Assembly: GCA_028023455.1 (NCBI GenBank)
Contig: JAQFVV010000002.1
Coordinates: forward strand, 23,808,001 to 23,872,000
Direction of reading: 5' to 3'
DNA from: Epiperipatus broadwayi
Taxonomy: Eukaryota; Animalia; Onychophora
Length of the DNA: 64,000 nt
Shown here: positions 51,841 to 64,000 of the stretch, piece by piece
Layout of the letters: every line of letters starts with the position of its first letter
How positions within the stretch are numbered: position 1 is the stretch's first letter
Notes under the pieces: model-generated
What the model was told of the DNA's origin: nothing
What the model saw: only the letters and a program-made list of their open reading frames with translations
The model's database searches: none
Made by a program: the position numbers and the translations under genes

Positions 51841-52733
51841 GTAAAACACTCTAAATAAGCAATTACAGAAAGGAATCTCTAACATTTATCAATTAAAAAA
51901 TACGGGAAAGAATCACACACATTAAGGTTAAATAAGCATTGCACTTGTTTGCTACTAAAAACAAACATATCCATTTACTAATCAATAACTGTGCAGCTAA
52001 AAAAGTTCTCCATGGGCTGGAAATCTAAAGCTTACTTAAAAACCTGAAAACATTCCCAAATGTTGTTAATCTCTATGTCACAAAGTCTTTCACATAAATT
52101 ACATTACGTGCATGGAAGAGAGAAATAAAATACATATGTGCTTTCTATGGAACTAGATTTTTATTTAAAATTAGCAGTGCTTTATGATTAAATATTAATT
52201 CTCTTAAGAATTATATAACCTAAACTAGCAATAAAGCTATTACCAAAGATCATTAAATTTTGATTATTTAATATAAAACTGCTAAATGATTTGCAATTGA
52301 ATGATTGGGTCTGCTTTTAGATAATATGATATAATCAAGTATGTGCGATATATATTTATTAATGGCACGCACTCTTACAAATACAAGACTTTACATAACA
52401 ATATTTTATTTTATTCTTCTCTTTGAAATATTGGACTTTTGAAGCGGAGAAAGTCTCCGGTTCATTATACGTGGATTTCCCTTTTCTTTTTTCTTTATTT
52501 TTTCTTTGTAGTTTGATGGGAGCAACATTATTTTATTTAACAGTTCCTTCTCTTCAATTCGATGTTTAGACTATCGTTTCCTGAAATAAGATACTAGAAT
52601 TCAAACAGTTTATTTTTATTTTTCTTAAATGTCACCTTTTCTGAATGACAGTATGATTCCGATAATTAGCCATAATATTTTCCTTTATGCAATTGGTTCT
52701 CAGGTTTTAAATATCGGTCTCTTTCTTCTCCAG

Positions 52734-52789
52734 GTTTGGATGAGTTGATTAAATGTACAATTTCCTTCCAAGCATGGTGTTCCGTTAAT
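52734..52789 (+). CDS. Candidate host exon (GLDELIKCTISFQAWCSVN)
   Basis: Strong TCTCTTTCTTCTCCAG acceptor, AAT|GTAAGA donor. Phase 1 to 0, compatible with 51840. Confidence 0.4.
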
Positions 52790-53247
52790 GTAAGATGGAA
52801 CACAGACAAGAGAATGGAAAAATCCTTAGATAGGTGGTTTGCTTTCTAGTGTATTCTATCAAATATGCATTGATAAGAGCAAAATTAATAAGTTTTCTAA
52901 TAACTTTGCTTCACAGCACTCGACAGAGAGAAACAAAAAAAAAAAATTGTTATATTTTATATAAACATAATTTTCGCGAGATTATTGTAGACATAAACGA
53001 TAACAATGGCATAAATGATTATACCATAATATTTTAAAATGATATATATCTACGAAAAAATTAAAATATAAATAACTAACAAATACACCCGTATTTTGCT
53101 AATTTTGGTTAGTATTTTATATCATTTTAATACAATTCACATATTTCATTTTATTCTTTTGTTGTTGTTACGGTTGCTTCTTTACTACTCTTAGATAAAA
53201 GATGTCAAAAAAAAAAAAAGAAAGAAGAAAATAGAATATTCGCAATG

Positions 53248-53526
53248 TAATATATAGGGTATATGAGCACAGACTTTCACACTACCCACCACTCTCCACT
53301 CTACCTCATAACACTGATACACTTGAACACATATATGTCGAAAAGATAAATAATCACCAATATAAGTATTTCATGCTAAACCAGCAATCATCAGTTGGTC
53401 CAGATTACCATCTCCACACATATATGCTATAAGTGCTCAGATATATATTAAGATAGACAATCTTCATACTTTAATGGACAGGCTTCAATCTACTCCACAC
53501 TCCAACTCTTCAGCCGTCCACCCAAA
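53248..53526 (-). mobile_element. Family C single-orientation hammerhead retroelement
   Basis: Matches the left arm of the 30-kb copy. 10-bp TSD ATTCG(C/T)AATG at 53238 and 53527. Confidence 0.88.
53356..53399 (-). ncRNA. Type-I hammerhead (family C), intact core
   Basis: ACCAA CUGAUGA UUGC UGGUUUA GCAU GAAA UACUUAUA UUGGU. AUA cleavage triplet; U.U at base of stem II. Confidence 0.82.
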
Positions 53527-54535
53527 ATTCGTAATGATAAACATAACTTGATACAAAATTTCTAAAATATTTTATAAACATATATACATTTTTGAATAAC
53601 TGACAGTAAGGGTTGGACTATTTCAATCATTACAACATATATAAATAAATGTTTATTTATTGAGAATATCATTTATCTGATCTTATTTGTTATAAAAAAC
53701 ATTGTTTTCAAGTGTATTATTGTTTAATTTATTTTTTCATATGGGCCAATAAATAGAATACTAAACAAAATTTGTCATTTGTTTTTTCTTGCCTTAAGTA
53801 CTTTTTATTTATGGAAGTTACTAAGTTTGAGCTGCAAGAGATGGGTGATCTTTTCAACTGATGGGCCAATTTCAATTTTCGCTTTTTAAATAGGGTCAAA
53901 AATTTTTTATGAATCTAAAATTAAAGTAATATGAATGTTATTTATTTATTTTTACTATTACACGTTACAACATAAATTCATAAAACATCAATCACTATCT
54001 GTGATAAAAACAAAAAAAAATATTAAGCTGATAAAGAATAATAAAGATGCACGTTCCAAATTGTTAGCGATTATATGAGATTTTTGCTTTGATTTTATAA
54101 ATTTTATTTTTAAAAAAAATGTTTGCATCTATTCCTGAGTAATATTATTATCTCTGCATTATCAATCAAGTCTGTAAATTCTTCAGAATCCAAAATTTAA
54201 AAAAATTCAGATAATTTCATAAATGTCATTTTTAAAACTGTTTTCTGTTGAAGTTCTACTATCTCAATTGGGTATTCTTCAGGAATTTTATTTAAGTTGG
54301 AGATCATGAAAAAATTTCAAAACATGCTTTTTGTTCTCAAAAACAGAGGTAACTTTCTCATGCATTTATATTAATGTGTTTTTGTTTTGCATAAGTATTA
54401 TTAAAAGTAGTGGTAAATGTTGAAAAATTGATGAAGTGATTGTTATATAATTAGTTTTGAAATGGCTTTAAAGATTTTTTGAAAGCAATGTTATGTCCAC
54501 ATAATTTTTTCTTTCCATATGTCAAATGCATTGAC

Positions 54536-54609
54536 TGGGAAGCCAACCTGGGCCAGCTGCCTGGACGGCCAGCTGCTTGGAAGGCAGCTATGCCAACTGC
54601 CAGGCCACC
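54536..54609. other. 74-bp GC-rich insertion in the hAT transposase
   Basis: Flanked by AATGCATTGAC (54525) and AATGCTTGAC (54610). Internal GGCCAGCTGCYTGG repeats. Confidence 0.8.
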
Positions 54610-55173
54610 AATGCTTGACAGTCCATATAATTTGATTACTAGTTGATTTTCTTTTGTAATTTTAAATTTAGATCATTCAAATGAGTAGTTATATAATGAG
54701 AAATCATACAATCATTCTTTATTAGTCAGTTCTGGTATGGATTTCTCTTTAATTTTCATGAAGAGCTTTAAAAAAATTTATTTAAAATAAGTCCTTCCAA
54801 AATCCATTGAACTTTTTAACAATGTACTAAATCTCCATAACTGGCTTCAAAATAGAAAGATTTTAATAATTCTTAGAGTCAAGTATTGATTTGTACTCAA
54901 TTTAATTTATGCTTTTAACCACAACAATCATTGCACTCTCTATGCTATTAATTTTAAAACATAAATTTAGTTGAAAAATAAATTTTTTCTTGAATTTACT
55001 TTCACTCATATCATTGTCGATATGCATTAAAATGCCCTGTTTTTTCTTCCAATCATTGATTTGATATTATTTGTGAATATTCCAAACAAACTATGGTATC
55101 CAAAACTAAACTTTAACATTAGCACTTTTAACTTATAAATTTATTTAACACACATTGATTATGTAAGTAATAT

Positions 55174-55489
55174 TTACTAAGGTAATAAACCTAAATCATG
55201 TGCAGTTGAAAATGCGAAGGTAGGGACCTCTATAGGTCTTAACCACAAGCTTACACATTGAAAGAAAAGAGGGGAACCTTCTTTACTTAACCTATTTTCT
55301 ATATAAATAAGTGAAGCTGAAGCAGTTAGATCTGAGAGCATGAAGCTATTCAATACTTCACTGATTAAGTCCATGATCCCTATTATACATTAGTACTCAT
55401 GAAATCTTTCGATTTACAATGAGTCAATGGAAAGATCTTAAACCTAAAGGATTTTCAACCGCACATGCTTTAGGTTTATTGCCTTAGTA
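55174..55489. mobile_element. Family F inverted-repeat element inserted in the hAT transposase
   Basis: About 42-bp inverted ends containing CATGTG. Candidate TSD AATAT. Removing it restores transposase colinearity. Confidence 0.8.
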
Positions 55490-56532
55490 AATATCACTTT
55501 TAATTTATTAAAGATATCATTGCTCTTTGTCATTATCTCAAGTTGGGTAAGAGATAATATTTCTTCAGCAATATTAAAGTTATGACCAATTTCTCTAATA
55601 AAAATTGAGAGTTGATCTGGAGTTATAAGATCTTGACTTTCATTAAACAGAAATAAATACCAATCAAACCAGGTAACTTTTAGCAGCAACAACTGTTCCA
55701 CATTTACTGACAATTCTTCAATTTATCTTGTAACTATTCTATTTAACATACTTATATTCTCAAATTTATTTTTATGTTCAATACAGATCAATTCTACAGT
55801 GGCTAGGATGAAATCTTTTATAAATTCCCCTCCAGAAACTGGTTTTGAATTTTATACTTTTTTTTTTTTTGAAATAATGTAACTTACTGTCACAGAATTA
55901 TCTGATTCGTTTGTAGATTTTATAAAACATGTCTGCCAAATAATTAAACTTTACAAGTTTACTATTTTTTTAACATTTCTTTTTTCCCTAACAATTCTGT
56001 TATAATCAGAATGTTTTAATGAATAATTCCTCTTAATATTGTGTTCCTTATTAACTGAAATATTTTCCAGACATAACCATTTACTATTTACATTGGTCCA
56101 TTTCTATTTAAATGCACAATTTTCTGTGCCAATACTTTTTACCTTATTTGGTATAGCCATTCTGCCATCTGTGAAAATCACTATAAAAACAACAAAATGT
56201 TCTTGGCATCATATATAATTTGTTTGAATATTGTACCTCTGGTAGAATGAACTAGAACTATTATAAAGATTGGAGATAATTCAATGTGTGCATTATGTAA
56301 GTGTTTAAATACAAGTTTCATATAGGCCCATTTTAATATAAGTGTTTTAAAAATGCCTGAGGGTTGAAACTGAACCATCTCTGTCTTAAATGAATGATGA
56401 TTTAAATATTATCCATTCAATTGGATTAGAAAGTATAACATTAAAAATTAAAAAAAAAAGTTTATATATTCTTTCCTTAAGAGCTGGATTATTTCCCAGA
56501 TGTTTGAAAGTTTGAATTATGTCTAATTTTAA

Positions 56533-57052
56533 GAGTATTAAACTCTCCATCCAGTAGTGCCACCAAGTACAAGCATTTGTAATCAATGAATGCAGGAAGG
56601 TTTGTGCATAAAATCTCTACTTAGTGTCTATTTGTCCAACATTCCCAGATTAGTTTCTAGCTTGTGGCTTTCATCAGTGAGAAGCCTTGGATTGAGAACA
56701 CTACACCTAGATCTTAGGATCTAATGCAATCCTCCAGAAGCCACCTTTTACCTATTTGGATAACTATAAAGCTAAGAATCCAAGATGAAAACACTATAAT
56801 ATTTCCAAACCAAGCTCATTCACTTTTAGTGTCTAGTTTTTCAAAATCCAAAGTCACTATTATCCTATGAGCAGGATAGGCATAAAAACATCACATGAAT
56901 ACCATTTCATATGCTTACACATGTTCATAAGAGTATCAAACTCTCAATACAATAGTGTAATTGGTGGCACTACTGCATGGATAGTTTAGTACTCTTATTA
57001 ACAGTATGTACAAGCATATAAAATGGTGATCAAGTGATGTTTTGATGGTTTA
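56533..57052. mobile_element. Family B complex copy (inverted arm with hammerhead plus terminal hairpin)
   Basis: Perfect 14-bp TSD ATGTCTAATTTTAA at 56519 and 57053. Minus-strand hammerhead. A second inverted 3' end forms a hairpin at about 56885-57045. Confidence 0.88.
56643..56682 (-). ncRNA. Type-I hammerhead (family B) with compensatory changes
   Basis: UCUCA CUGAUGA A AGC CACAA GCU A GAAAC UA AUC UGGGA. Confidence 0.8.
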
Positions 57053-57149
57053 ATGTCTAATTTTAAAAAGGGTGATATCTTATTTTTTAATAATTATAGA
57101 CCAATTTTTATTACGTAATTGCCAAACTATTGGAAATAGTAATTAAAGA

Positions 57150-58416
57150 GAAAATAATGTAATTTTTACTTAAAAAATAATATATTGGCCGAGTATCAGT
57201 GTGGCTTTGTTTCTGGTAGGAGTACATTGGATACTTTCTGTAATTATGCACACATTTCAAAACTGTTACTATATATCTAGATGTAACTGGAGTATTTGGC
57301 TCAGTTTGTCATAAAATTTTACTTGAACATTTATATTCATATGGCATTTATGATCTTTATGATTCATAGTTTGCAAATTATTTCAAGGATAAGAAGCAAG
57401 CCATGAATATTTCTGATATTTCTAAATCATGGTGAGTTCTGTCCTAGACTCCATTTTATTTTTAATTTATATAAATGATATATTTTCATTACAGTAGAAT
57501 GAAAAATTTATTGGTTTCCAGATGATATTGCTTTAATTTGTGCTGCAGTGTCATATGTTATTTTGAAAAGTAACCAATGATTTACTTTTAATTAACAAAT
57601 AGTTAGCTTTAATTGTTTAACAGGTAATCTGATTAAAATAAGAGAATATATTTTTCTTATAAATTTGTATCATATTCTTTAGATATTTTTTGTAATAATT
57701 ATTTTTCAATTTGAATAGTGCTTATACTTTGCCAATAATTATTGTTATCTAGATGTATTTATTGATTCTAGATAGGTTATCCTGGGCAATCATATTGACT
57801 TCTTTGTTGTCGTTTATATAAATTAAATTATATTTTTTTCATTTATTTATGTTTTTAATTTCATCAGCTTCAATTATTATTTCTCATTATCAAAGCATAT
57901 TATGTGATACTATCTTTTTATCTGTTTTATAGAATTAAATAATACACATTGGTTTTTGGCAAATCTCATGCTACATCTATTAGAAATACTGACCAGATTC
58001 ATAATATACTGGATGTCGTTCATTCATATCAATACAGGGCAATTTGTGATCCATGTAGATCTCAATTGGATCTACATTTGTGGTTGTAAATATATAATTA
58101 TCTACCAAATATCAATTAACTCCACAAATTTTCTCAAGATTTACAGTCACAAGTAGATGAATAATAATGGACTGAAATTACTTAATATATTTATGCAAAA
58201 ATGTTTTTTGAATTTAACTAACACCAGTTGTTTGATTAAAAAAAAATCCATCATTGGTTGTATTGTATTAAATAATATTTCGTGTTATACATATATGTTT
58301 TATTTTAAAATTTTATGTTATATTTTATATTCCTCATTTAAGATTTTTTTTGCATGAAGTTTATATTAATGTATTATTTACTTGTTTATTGAATAAATAA
58401 ATAAATAAATAAATAA
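57150..58416 (+). mobile_element. Decayed L2/CR1-group LINE 3' half
   Basis: YLDVTGVFGSVCHKILL (about FLDLxKAFDTVxHxILL); SVLDSILFLIYIND; FPDDIAL. (TAAA)n tail at about 58391-58416. Confidence 0.7.
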
Positions 58417-59723
58417 TACAAGATAAAGAACATATAAAATAAAAATGCAATATACTTTGTAATATAGTTTTGCAGTGTTTAAAAAAAGAAACAACTATAA
58501 AATTTAAATAGATTTTCAAAATTTGTTGATATTTACTGGATTAAATTATGCATTATCATGCATGGTAAGTCATCTAATAAAAAAACAACAACTTTCCATT
58601 AAAATATATGAACATTTTAAAGAGAATTGATGTTGATTTCTGGATAAAAACAAATATTAATAATTCTATTTCTAATATACTAATTTATCTTATATTGAAT
58701 TGTTTCAGTAAATTATTACTTCAAATTTATTTTCCAGAAAGAAAATTACTTGCTTTATGTTAAAAAACAACCAATTAAACAAAATTAACAGTTTGTCAAC
58801 AGTTTATAGAAGTTAATTATATATATATAATTGTCTGAAAGCTATCGGTAATGTTTACTTGCACTTAAAAAAACAAAACAACAACAATGTTACTGTTAAA
58901 TAAATACTCAAAAAGAAATTATTACATTATATTTATTTGGTTAGAAACTCTAAATATATGTTTTCATAGATGGTTTTGAATTAAGAATGAAAAGATAAAA
59001 TATTTTCATTTTTTGAAAAACTGACATGAAATATGATATTTAAGCAAAATCATAAATCATTTAAAACTATACATTTATGAAAAAAAGATTAAACTTATTA
59101 ATAAAAATGCTATTTTAAAGATATATATATATATCAAAATTCGTAACTTATGAACAAATTTCAAATTAATAATTTTAAAAATATTTAAGTTTTTATTTTA
59201 TTATAATATTTTCTCAGTCTTATTATTATTTATAGTAATTAACTTTACGAACCGTATTTTATGTTGAATAACTTCAACCAAATGCATAAAATTCACTACG
59301 GAACATGTTTTAGTTAATAAATTTAACTACTAATAGGTAGTGGGTTTGATAAAAAAAAAAAGTGTTTAATTTCATTTTCATGTAAGTGCTTTCCAATATT
59401 AAATGGTTAACTGCAGTTAATTCTTAACCACAGTTAAAATTTCACTGCAATTTCATTGGGTTAAAATTTGAATAGCTATCCAAATATCTTCTCATGAATT
59501 GAACATTATTATCAGTTTCATTATTCTTCATAATTTAACTAGATGACAACAATTAATTATTTAACAAAAAAATTTAAAGCAAAATCAAAAATAAAAGGGG
59601 AAAAACATATTCAGAATTAATTGCAATACTATATATGTAAAATTGAAAGTTTAATTTTAGTAGAAAAATAAAACTTAACCAAACCCTATCTTAATAAAAA
59701 ATTATGGTTCAGTAATTTATTTA

Positions 59724-59990
59724 AAACTAACGATCACCTGCTAAATGTGACAATAAACACGCAAGCGAATTACATTACTTTCAATTTGAGTAAAAATCAA
59801 GCCATTAGAAAAAAAAAAAAGAATTAAACTTTACCGTAATAAAAATTACTGTTGAGTAATTTTTTAAAATTTGCAATCACCTGCTAAATGTTGCCACATA
59901 AATTTGAAGTGAAGTACCTTATATTAAATTTTAGTAAAAACTAAATCATTAAAAAAAAAAGATTTAAATTTTGTTATAATAAAAATATTA
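59724..59990. repeat. Diverged tandem duplication, about 145-bp unit
   Basis: ATCACCTGCTAAATGT at about 59733 and 59877, with colinear downstream AGTAAAAA..CATTA(G/A)AAAAAAAA. Confidence 0.6.
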
Positions 59991-60099
59991 TACACAAAAC
60001 ATTTTTTTTTTTAAAAAAAAAAACCTTATCTATATCACTTTTCTTTTATTAATAAACAAAAATAAATAGCAATGTTATAAAACTATCTGACATTTTGCA

Positions 60100-61130
60100 T
60101 TTGTGGGATGACCCTTTCTTATATTTTGGAGTTTTTTTTCTTGAAGCTTGTTTTAATTACAACTGTAATTTCCTTAATGGGTTTCTTCTGAGATATGTGT
60201 AAAAATTACAGTATAAACGAAGAAAAAGATTTTACTTATGCTTTTTGAAATTGAACCTTGTTTAATGACATTTTCAATTAGTTCAAACCATTAACTTTAA
60301 CATTCTAATAATTTACACAGAATAGTATTGTCTACATAGAAAATACATTTAATACAGTATAGTACTGTTTTCTCCTATAAAGAGTAATCGATATAATAAA
60401 GTACTACTGTATATTACATTTTAAAAAATAATTAAAGTATATAATTGACTATTGAAAATAAATTTAATACAGCATTGTTCTGTATCTCATCAAATGTAAG
60501 AAGAGAAGTCAATATTTTGAATTTGTAAAATTAAATTAGTAACTACGCCTTACAAAATATGACTAATAGGTCTAAACTATTAGCCAAATCAGAAGGAACA
60601 CAAATATCTTCTTGTTAAGGCATCTGCTACAATAGTGGATGGTGCAGGTTAAATGTACTTGGGTTCATTGACCAAATTTTAATGACATGCCATATGAGTT
60701 AATAAGTTGTACAAATTGTACATTACACAAGACTTCACTGTACAGTATTTCAATATTTTACAGAATTCATTTTTAATGCACAAATAGTATTAAAAATGTC
60801 AATTTTATCTGAAAATTATTAAAAACATCCTTAAATAATGAGGTGCATGATTTCAATCCATATAAAATGGATTATTTGCTGATGCAAAGTTTTTTTTTTA
60901 ACAGTTTAATTTTTAAATAAATATAACAATGAAATTTTCATTGAATTAAACAATTTCACCATAAAATGAAACTTTTTATTTTTCAACTGATTATGAAATA
61001 TAAGCTATTAAAGGCTAATGAAATGTAGACATTACTAAGTCCCAATGTAAGGAGTCCCATCAAAACCTTGTCATAGGTATCAAAATTCATGAATAATTGT
61101 GAACCATTTTAAATGCACATATTGCAATAT
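60100..61130 (-). mobile_element. Decayed Ty3/Gypsy pol fragment (RT, RNase H, integrase traces)
   Basis: KYI*PAPSTIVADALTR (about YxPGxxNxVADALSR) at about 60605-60665; LGLSNV (about FGLxNA) near 61030. Confidence 0.5.
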
Positions 61131-61669
61131 ATATATACAGCAAAGCTGTGATAAGTGCTATACCAGGAGTGGACATGCTTGAGGTCAATGAGAGCTGTAT
61201 GCCAATTTTTCATATATTGTAAAGGGCCACACAATATTATTTAAATACACAAAAATAAATGCAAATAGTCAAATTTTATTTAACTTAATTAAAATGATGA
61301 CATATTCTACAAAAGTTTTAAGTGCTGTATAAAGTATATAAAAAATATAATTAAGAGAAATAAAATACAAAACAATTATTTCAAAATTTTAATAATAAAA
61401 ATATAATATAATAATAAAAAATATAACAGTTAATAAAGATATTTGGTCAAATCTTTGAAATTTTGCACATAATGTATTAAAGCTGTTTGCAGCAATTCTG
61501 TGAGATGCTGATTGGCCAACTATGAATCATATTTTGACTTACAAACCTCATTATGGAGTACAACAATTCACAGCAAGTTGTACCAAAAATTGAAATTAGA
61601 TGGCAAACATTATTCTGGCATAAGTTTCCAAAATTCAATAAACTAGATTTGTATTTTACATAGAGTGCA

Positions 61670-61777
61670 AATAGTTAGTTGAAATTAAATTGAGCACTCA
61701 TTAGAATACTTACCTGACAGCCAATCAAATGTTATGATGGCTGTCTGAATAATGATCAAACCGTAAACACAAGACAT
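61670..61777. mobile_element. 108-bp family F-related insertion in the hAT transposase
   Basis: 6-bp TSD AGTGCA at 61664 and 61778. Similar to about 43770-43857. Small CAGCC..GGCTG hairpin. Confidence 0.65.
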
Positions 61778-62823
61778 AGTGCATTTGCCATGCCTGATCC
61801 TCTTTCATCCCTAATAACTCCAATTCTCCAGTCTCTTATTCAATTAGGTATTATTTCAGAAATTGGAAATTCATCTTCAATGATACCACGAATAAATGGG
61901 TTCACAAAATATGCAAATGTAAATTTTCAAATCTTCAAATCTACACTTGAAATTGGCTTGCAATTCTTCCAATTTTTCTTTATATTTGTCTAATTTTTCT
62001 TCTTCGATATTAAATATATTTACTTTTACTTGTGAAAAATGATGAAATATTCTGGACTTAAGATTGTGCACAAAAAAGTTGAAGTTTAGCCTCAAAACTA
62101 AATACAGTTTGGACAAATCACTATTCCCTTTTCTTGAAAAGTCAAATAAAGTCTCTGCAAATATTTCATAATATCTGTAAAGAACCCTAAGTCAGAAAAC
62201 CAAGTTTTATTTTCGAATTCTGGGTATTTTTCCCTTTTTCTTTAAAAATGTTATAAGATTTAGGAGTTTCACAAAATAGCTTAAAATATTGTAAGTTGAC
62301 ATCCACATTATAATAGATCATAAGAAGAGATCACTGAGCAATTAATCTGTTTTGTCATTTAACTCTTCTAAAATGTTCTTAAATTGATGATTTCGGCATT
62401 TGTTCTAATAAAATTCACAATCTGTAAAACAATCTTCCACACATTTTTGTATTTTAAGTACTTTACCATGAGTTGATCACTAAAAATTTACAATGAAAAG
62501 GTACAAAACATAAAATTTTAGGATCATAGTTTGAAAGACCAATAAGACCTTAGTTTTTACCTATCACTGCAGGGATTCTGTCAGTCATCATGAGGCAATT
62601 CAAATCTGTTCACTATCTCATCAAGTGCATTTTTGACATTGATACTGTGAATTGTTTTGTTTCAGTACAAGCTAGTAGGTCTAACATTTTGTCCATCACA
62701 CTTACATCTGCAGATACATAGTGGGCAAAAACAGCCAATTATGGGATATCCTGAATGTTTGTGGACTCATCAAAAGTCAAACTGTATGCTGTACAATTTT
62801 TTAAATCACACCTCAAACTAATA

Positions 62824-63388
62824 AAAAATAGTCATGCATCACATGACCCCATCTCTTAAGCTTGTAAGATATATCAGTGAGCATTGCCAAATTGTTCAAC
62901 AAGCTTTGTGATAAATGCTTAGCCAGAGAAAGCATATAAAATATCTCTGTCAGGAAACTCCCTCCCCCCCAAACCTCTGACCATGGTTTCATGCTTTGGC
63001 ACTCCTCAGAGAGAACATAGGATAGCTTCAGACACTAGATCTAAAAATACCAACCCAAAGCCTGCATTTATCTATAAGTTATCTATTGAGTGGAAAATCT
63101 GAAATTTTCAGACACCTACATGTCTTCAAACCCAGCAAGCCAACTCAAATATCTATACGGGGCTGAGAGATCTTCAGCCAAACCATATATTAGTAGTCTT
63201 AGCAATATAACATCGCCTAAGACTTGAAGCAGAGACTATAAATAGTCAAATTAAAATAAATAGAGTTATAGATCACATGACTCCATCTCTTAAACTTGTA
63301 AGATATAAACAATGAGCATTACCAATTGCTCAAAAAGCTTTGTGATAAATGCTTAGCCAGAGAAAGCATTTAAAATATCTCTGTCAGG
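62824..63388 (-). mobile_element. Family A hammerhead retroelement, partial tandem (434-bp period)
   Basis: About 130-bp direct repeats (about 62830-62958 and 63263-63390). TSD AAACTA(A/T)T. Removing it restores the hAT frame NVNNSLRCDLKNC. Confidence 0.93.
62975..63013 (-). ncRNA. Type-I hammerhead (family A), fully pairable
   Basis: CUCU CUGAGGA GUGC CAAA GCAU GAAAC CAUG GUC AGAG. Stem I CUCU/AGAG; predicted cut between 62979 and 62978. Confidence 0.93.
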
Positions 63389-64000
63389 AAACTATTGTTA
63401 ACATTTTTACTAATTTCACTAATATGATGCTCAGTTATATGACATAGGAACTTGTGTAATCAATTTATGCAGTTTTGTATTAGTTGGATCCAAAACTTTA
63501 ATCATTTTTTCCAAGTTTCTTTTAACAAATTTTCCTCCATATAGATGTTTCACATGAATAATATTCCAAGCTACCAAAAAGCTAACTTCATTGGTTCAAT
63601 CATCTTTGCGTCTAAGAGGAGACAAGAGTCCTTGTTGCTTATAATGATCTGATTGCGATGATTGTTTCACTACTTGCAATTTTGATTTGTATGGATATTG
63701 AATTGAAATGTGGGGGTCACTTACTTCATAATGTCAACATAAATTGCTTACTTTGTAGTTTGCAATTAAGACACAATGACTTTTCATTATTGTCAATAAA
63801 AGCAAATTTTTCTACTCATTCTTTTTGAAAGCTTCTATTTTCTTCTTTGTTTTTTGATATTTTATGAGATCATGTTAACAAAGATTTAAGTAAATTTATT
63901 TCCAAAGTCAGAAATTCAAACAAAAACATATAAATAAATAATTAAAATAAAAATGTCTAAATATTAATTATTCTTTTAAAAAATTCATAAAGGGTGCAAC

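Larger units (their letters stand above)
53835..56383 (-). mobile_element. Decayed near-full-length hAT transposon (Charlie/SPIN/GTF2IRD2-like transposase)
   Basis: From ATG at 56160: ENCAFNRKWT..KEHNIKRNY..KH; GEFIKD; NESQD..DQLSIFIRE..FNIAEEILSL; MIGRKN; EASYGDLVH..VQW; TTHLNDLNLKLQ; FIKSK. Ends resemble CAGAGATGG. Two insertions. Confidence 0.9.
61164..64000 (-). mobile_element. Decayed hAT transposon (Charlie/SPIN/GTF2IRD2-like); right end not seen in the window
   Basis: TIR-like CAGGAGTGGACATGCT at 61164. Motifs ENRSFQKE..KFAF..SLCL; DESTNIQD..LAVF; WFSDLGFFTDI; ISIFGTTCCE; KSKY..LANQHL. Interrupted by family A and family F inserts. Confidence 0.9.

Overview
AT-rich eukaryotic (probably invertebrate) intronic or intergenic DNA, mostly layered transposable elements. 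There is no intact protein-coding gene, rRNA or CRISPR. The track ORFs are either TE remnants or chance ORFs. The main signal is a set of minimal type-I hammerhead ribozymes (core CUGAnGA...GAAA, short often palindromic stem III) carried by at least three short non-coding retroelement families: A (15.7, 35.3, 62.8 kb), B (5.4, 26.5, 28.8, 56.5 kb) and C (30.0, 39.3, 53.2 kb). Most copies have target-site duplications (TSDs) of about 7-15 bp. They occur either as fold-back palindromes with one hammerhead on each strand or as about 1.2-1.3-mer partial tandems, and they share a G(G/A)TCATGTGA motif near the 3' end. A decayed Penelope-type element (RT traces, GIY-YIG nuclease, its own degenerate hammerhead) at about 1-2.7 kb is the plausible class of mobiliser. 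Also present: a young non-coding LTR element with 2.2-kb LTRs and a 731-bp interior; two decayed Charlie/SPIN-type hAT transposase elements and four hAT MITEs or deletion derivatives; CR1/L2, RTE, L1 and Gypsy fossils; two tRNA-derived retrocopies (one with an insertion at the tRNA intron position); a 69-bp minisatellite; several further hairpin elements; and a few phase-compatible micro-exon candidates of an unidentified + strand host gene. All calls were made by eye. No alignment, folding program or database search was run.
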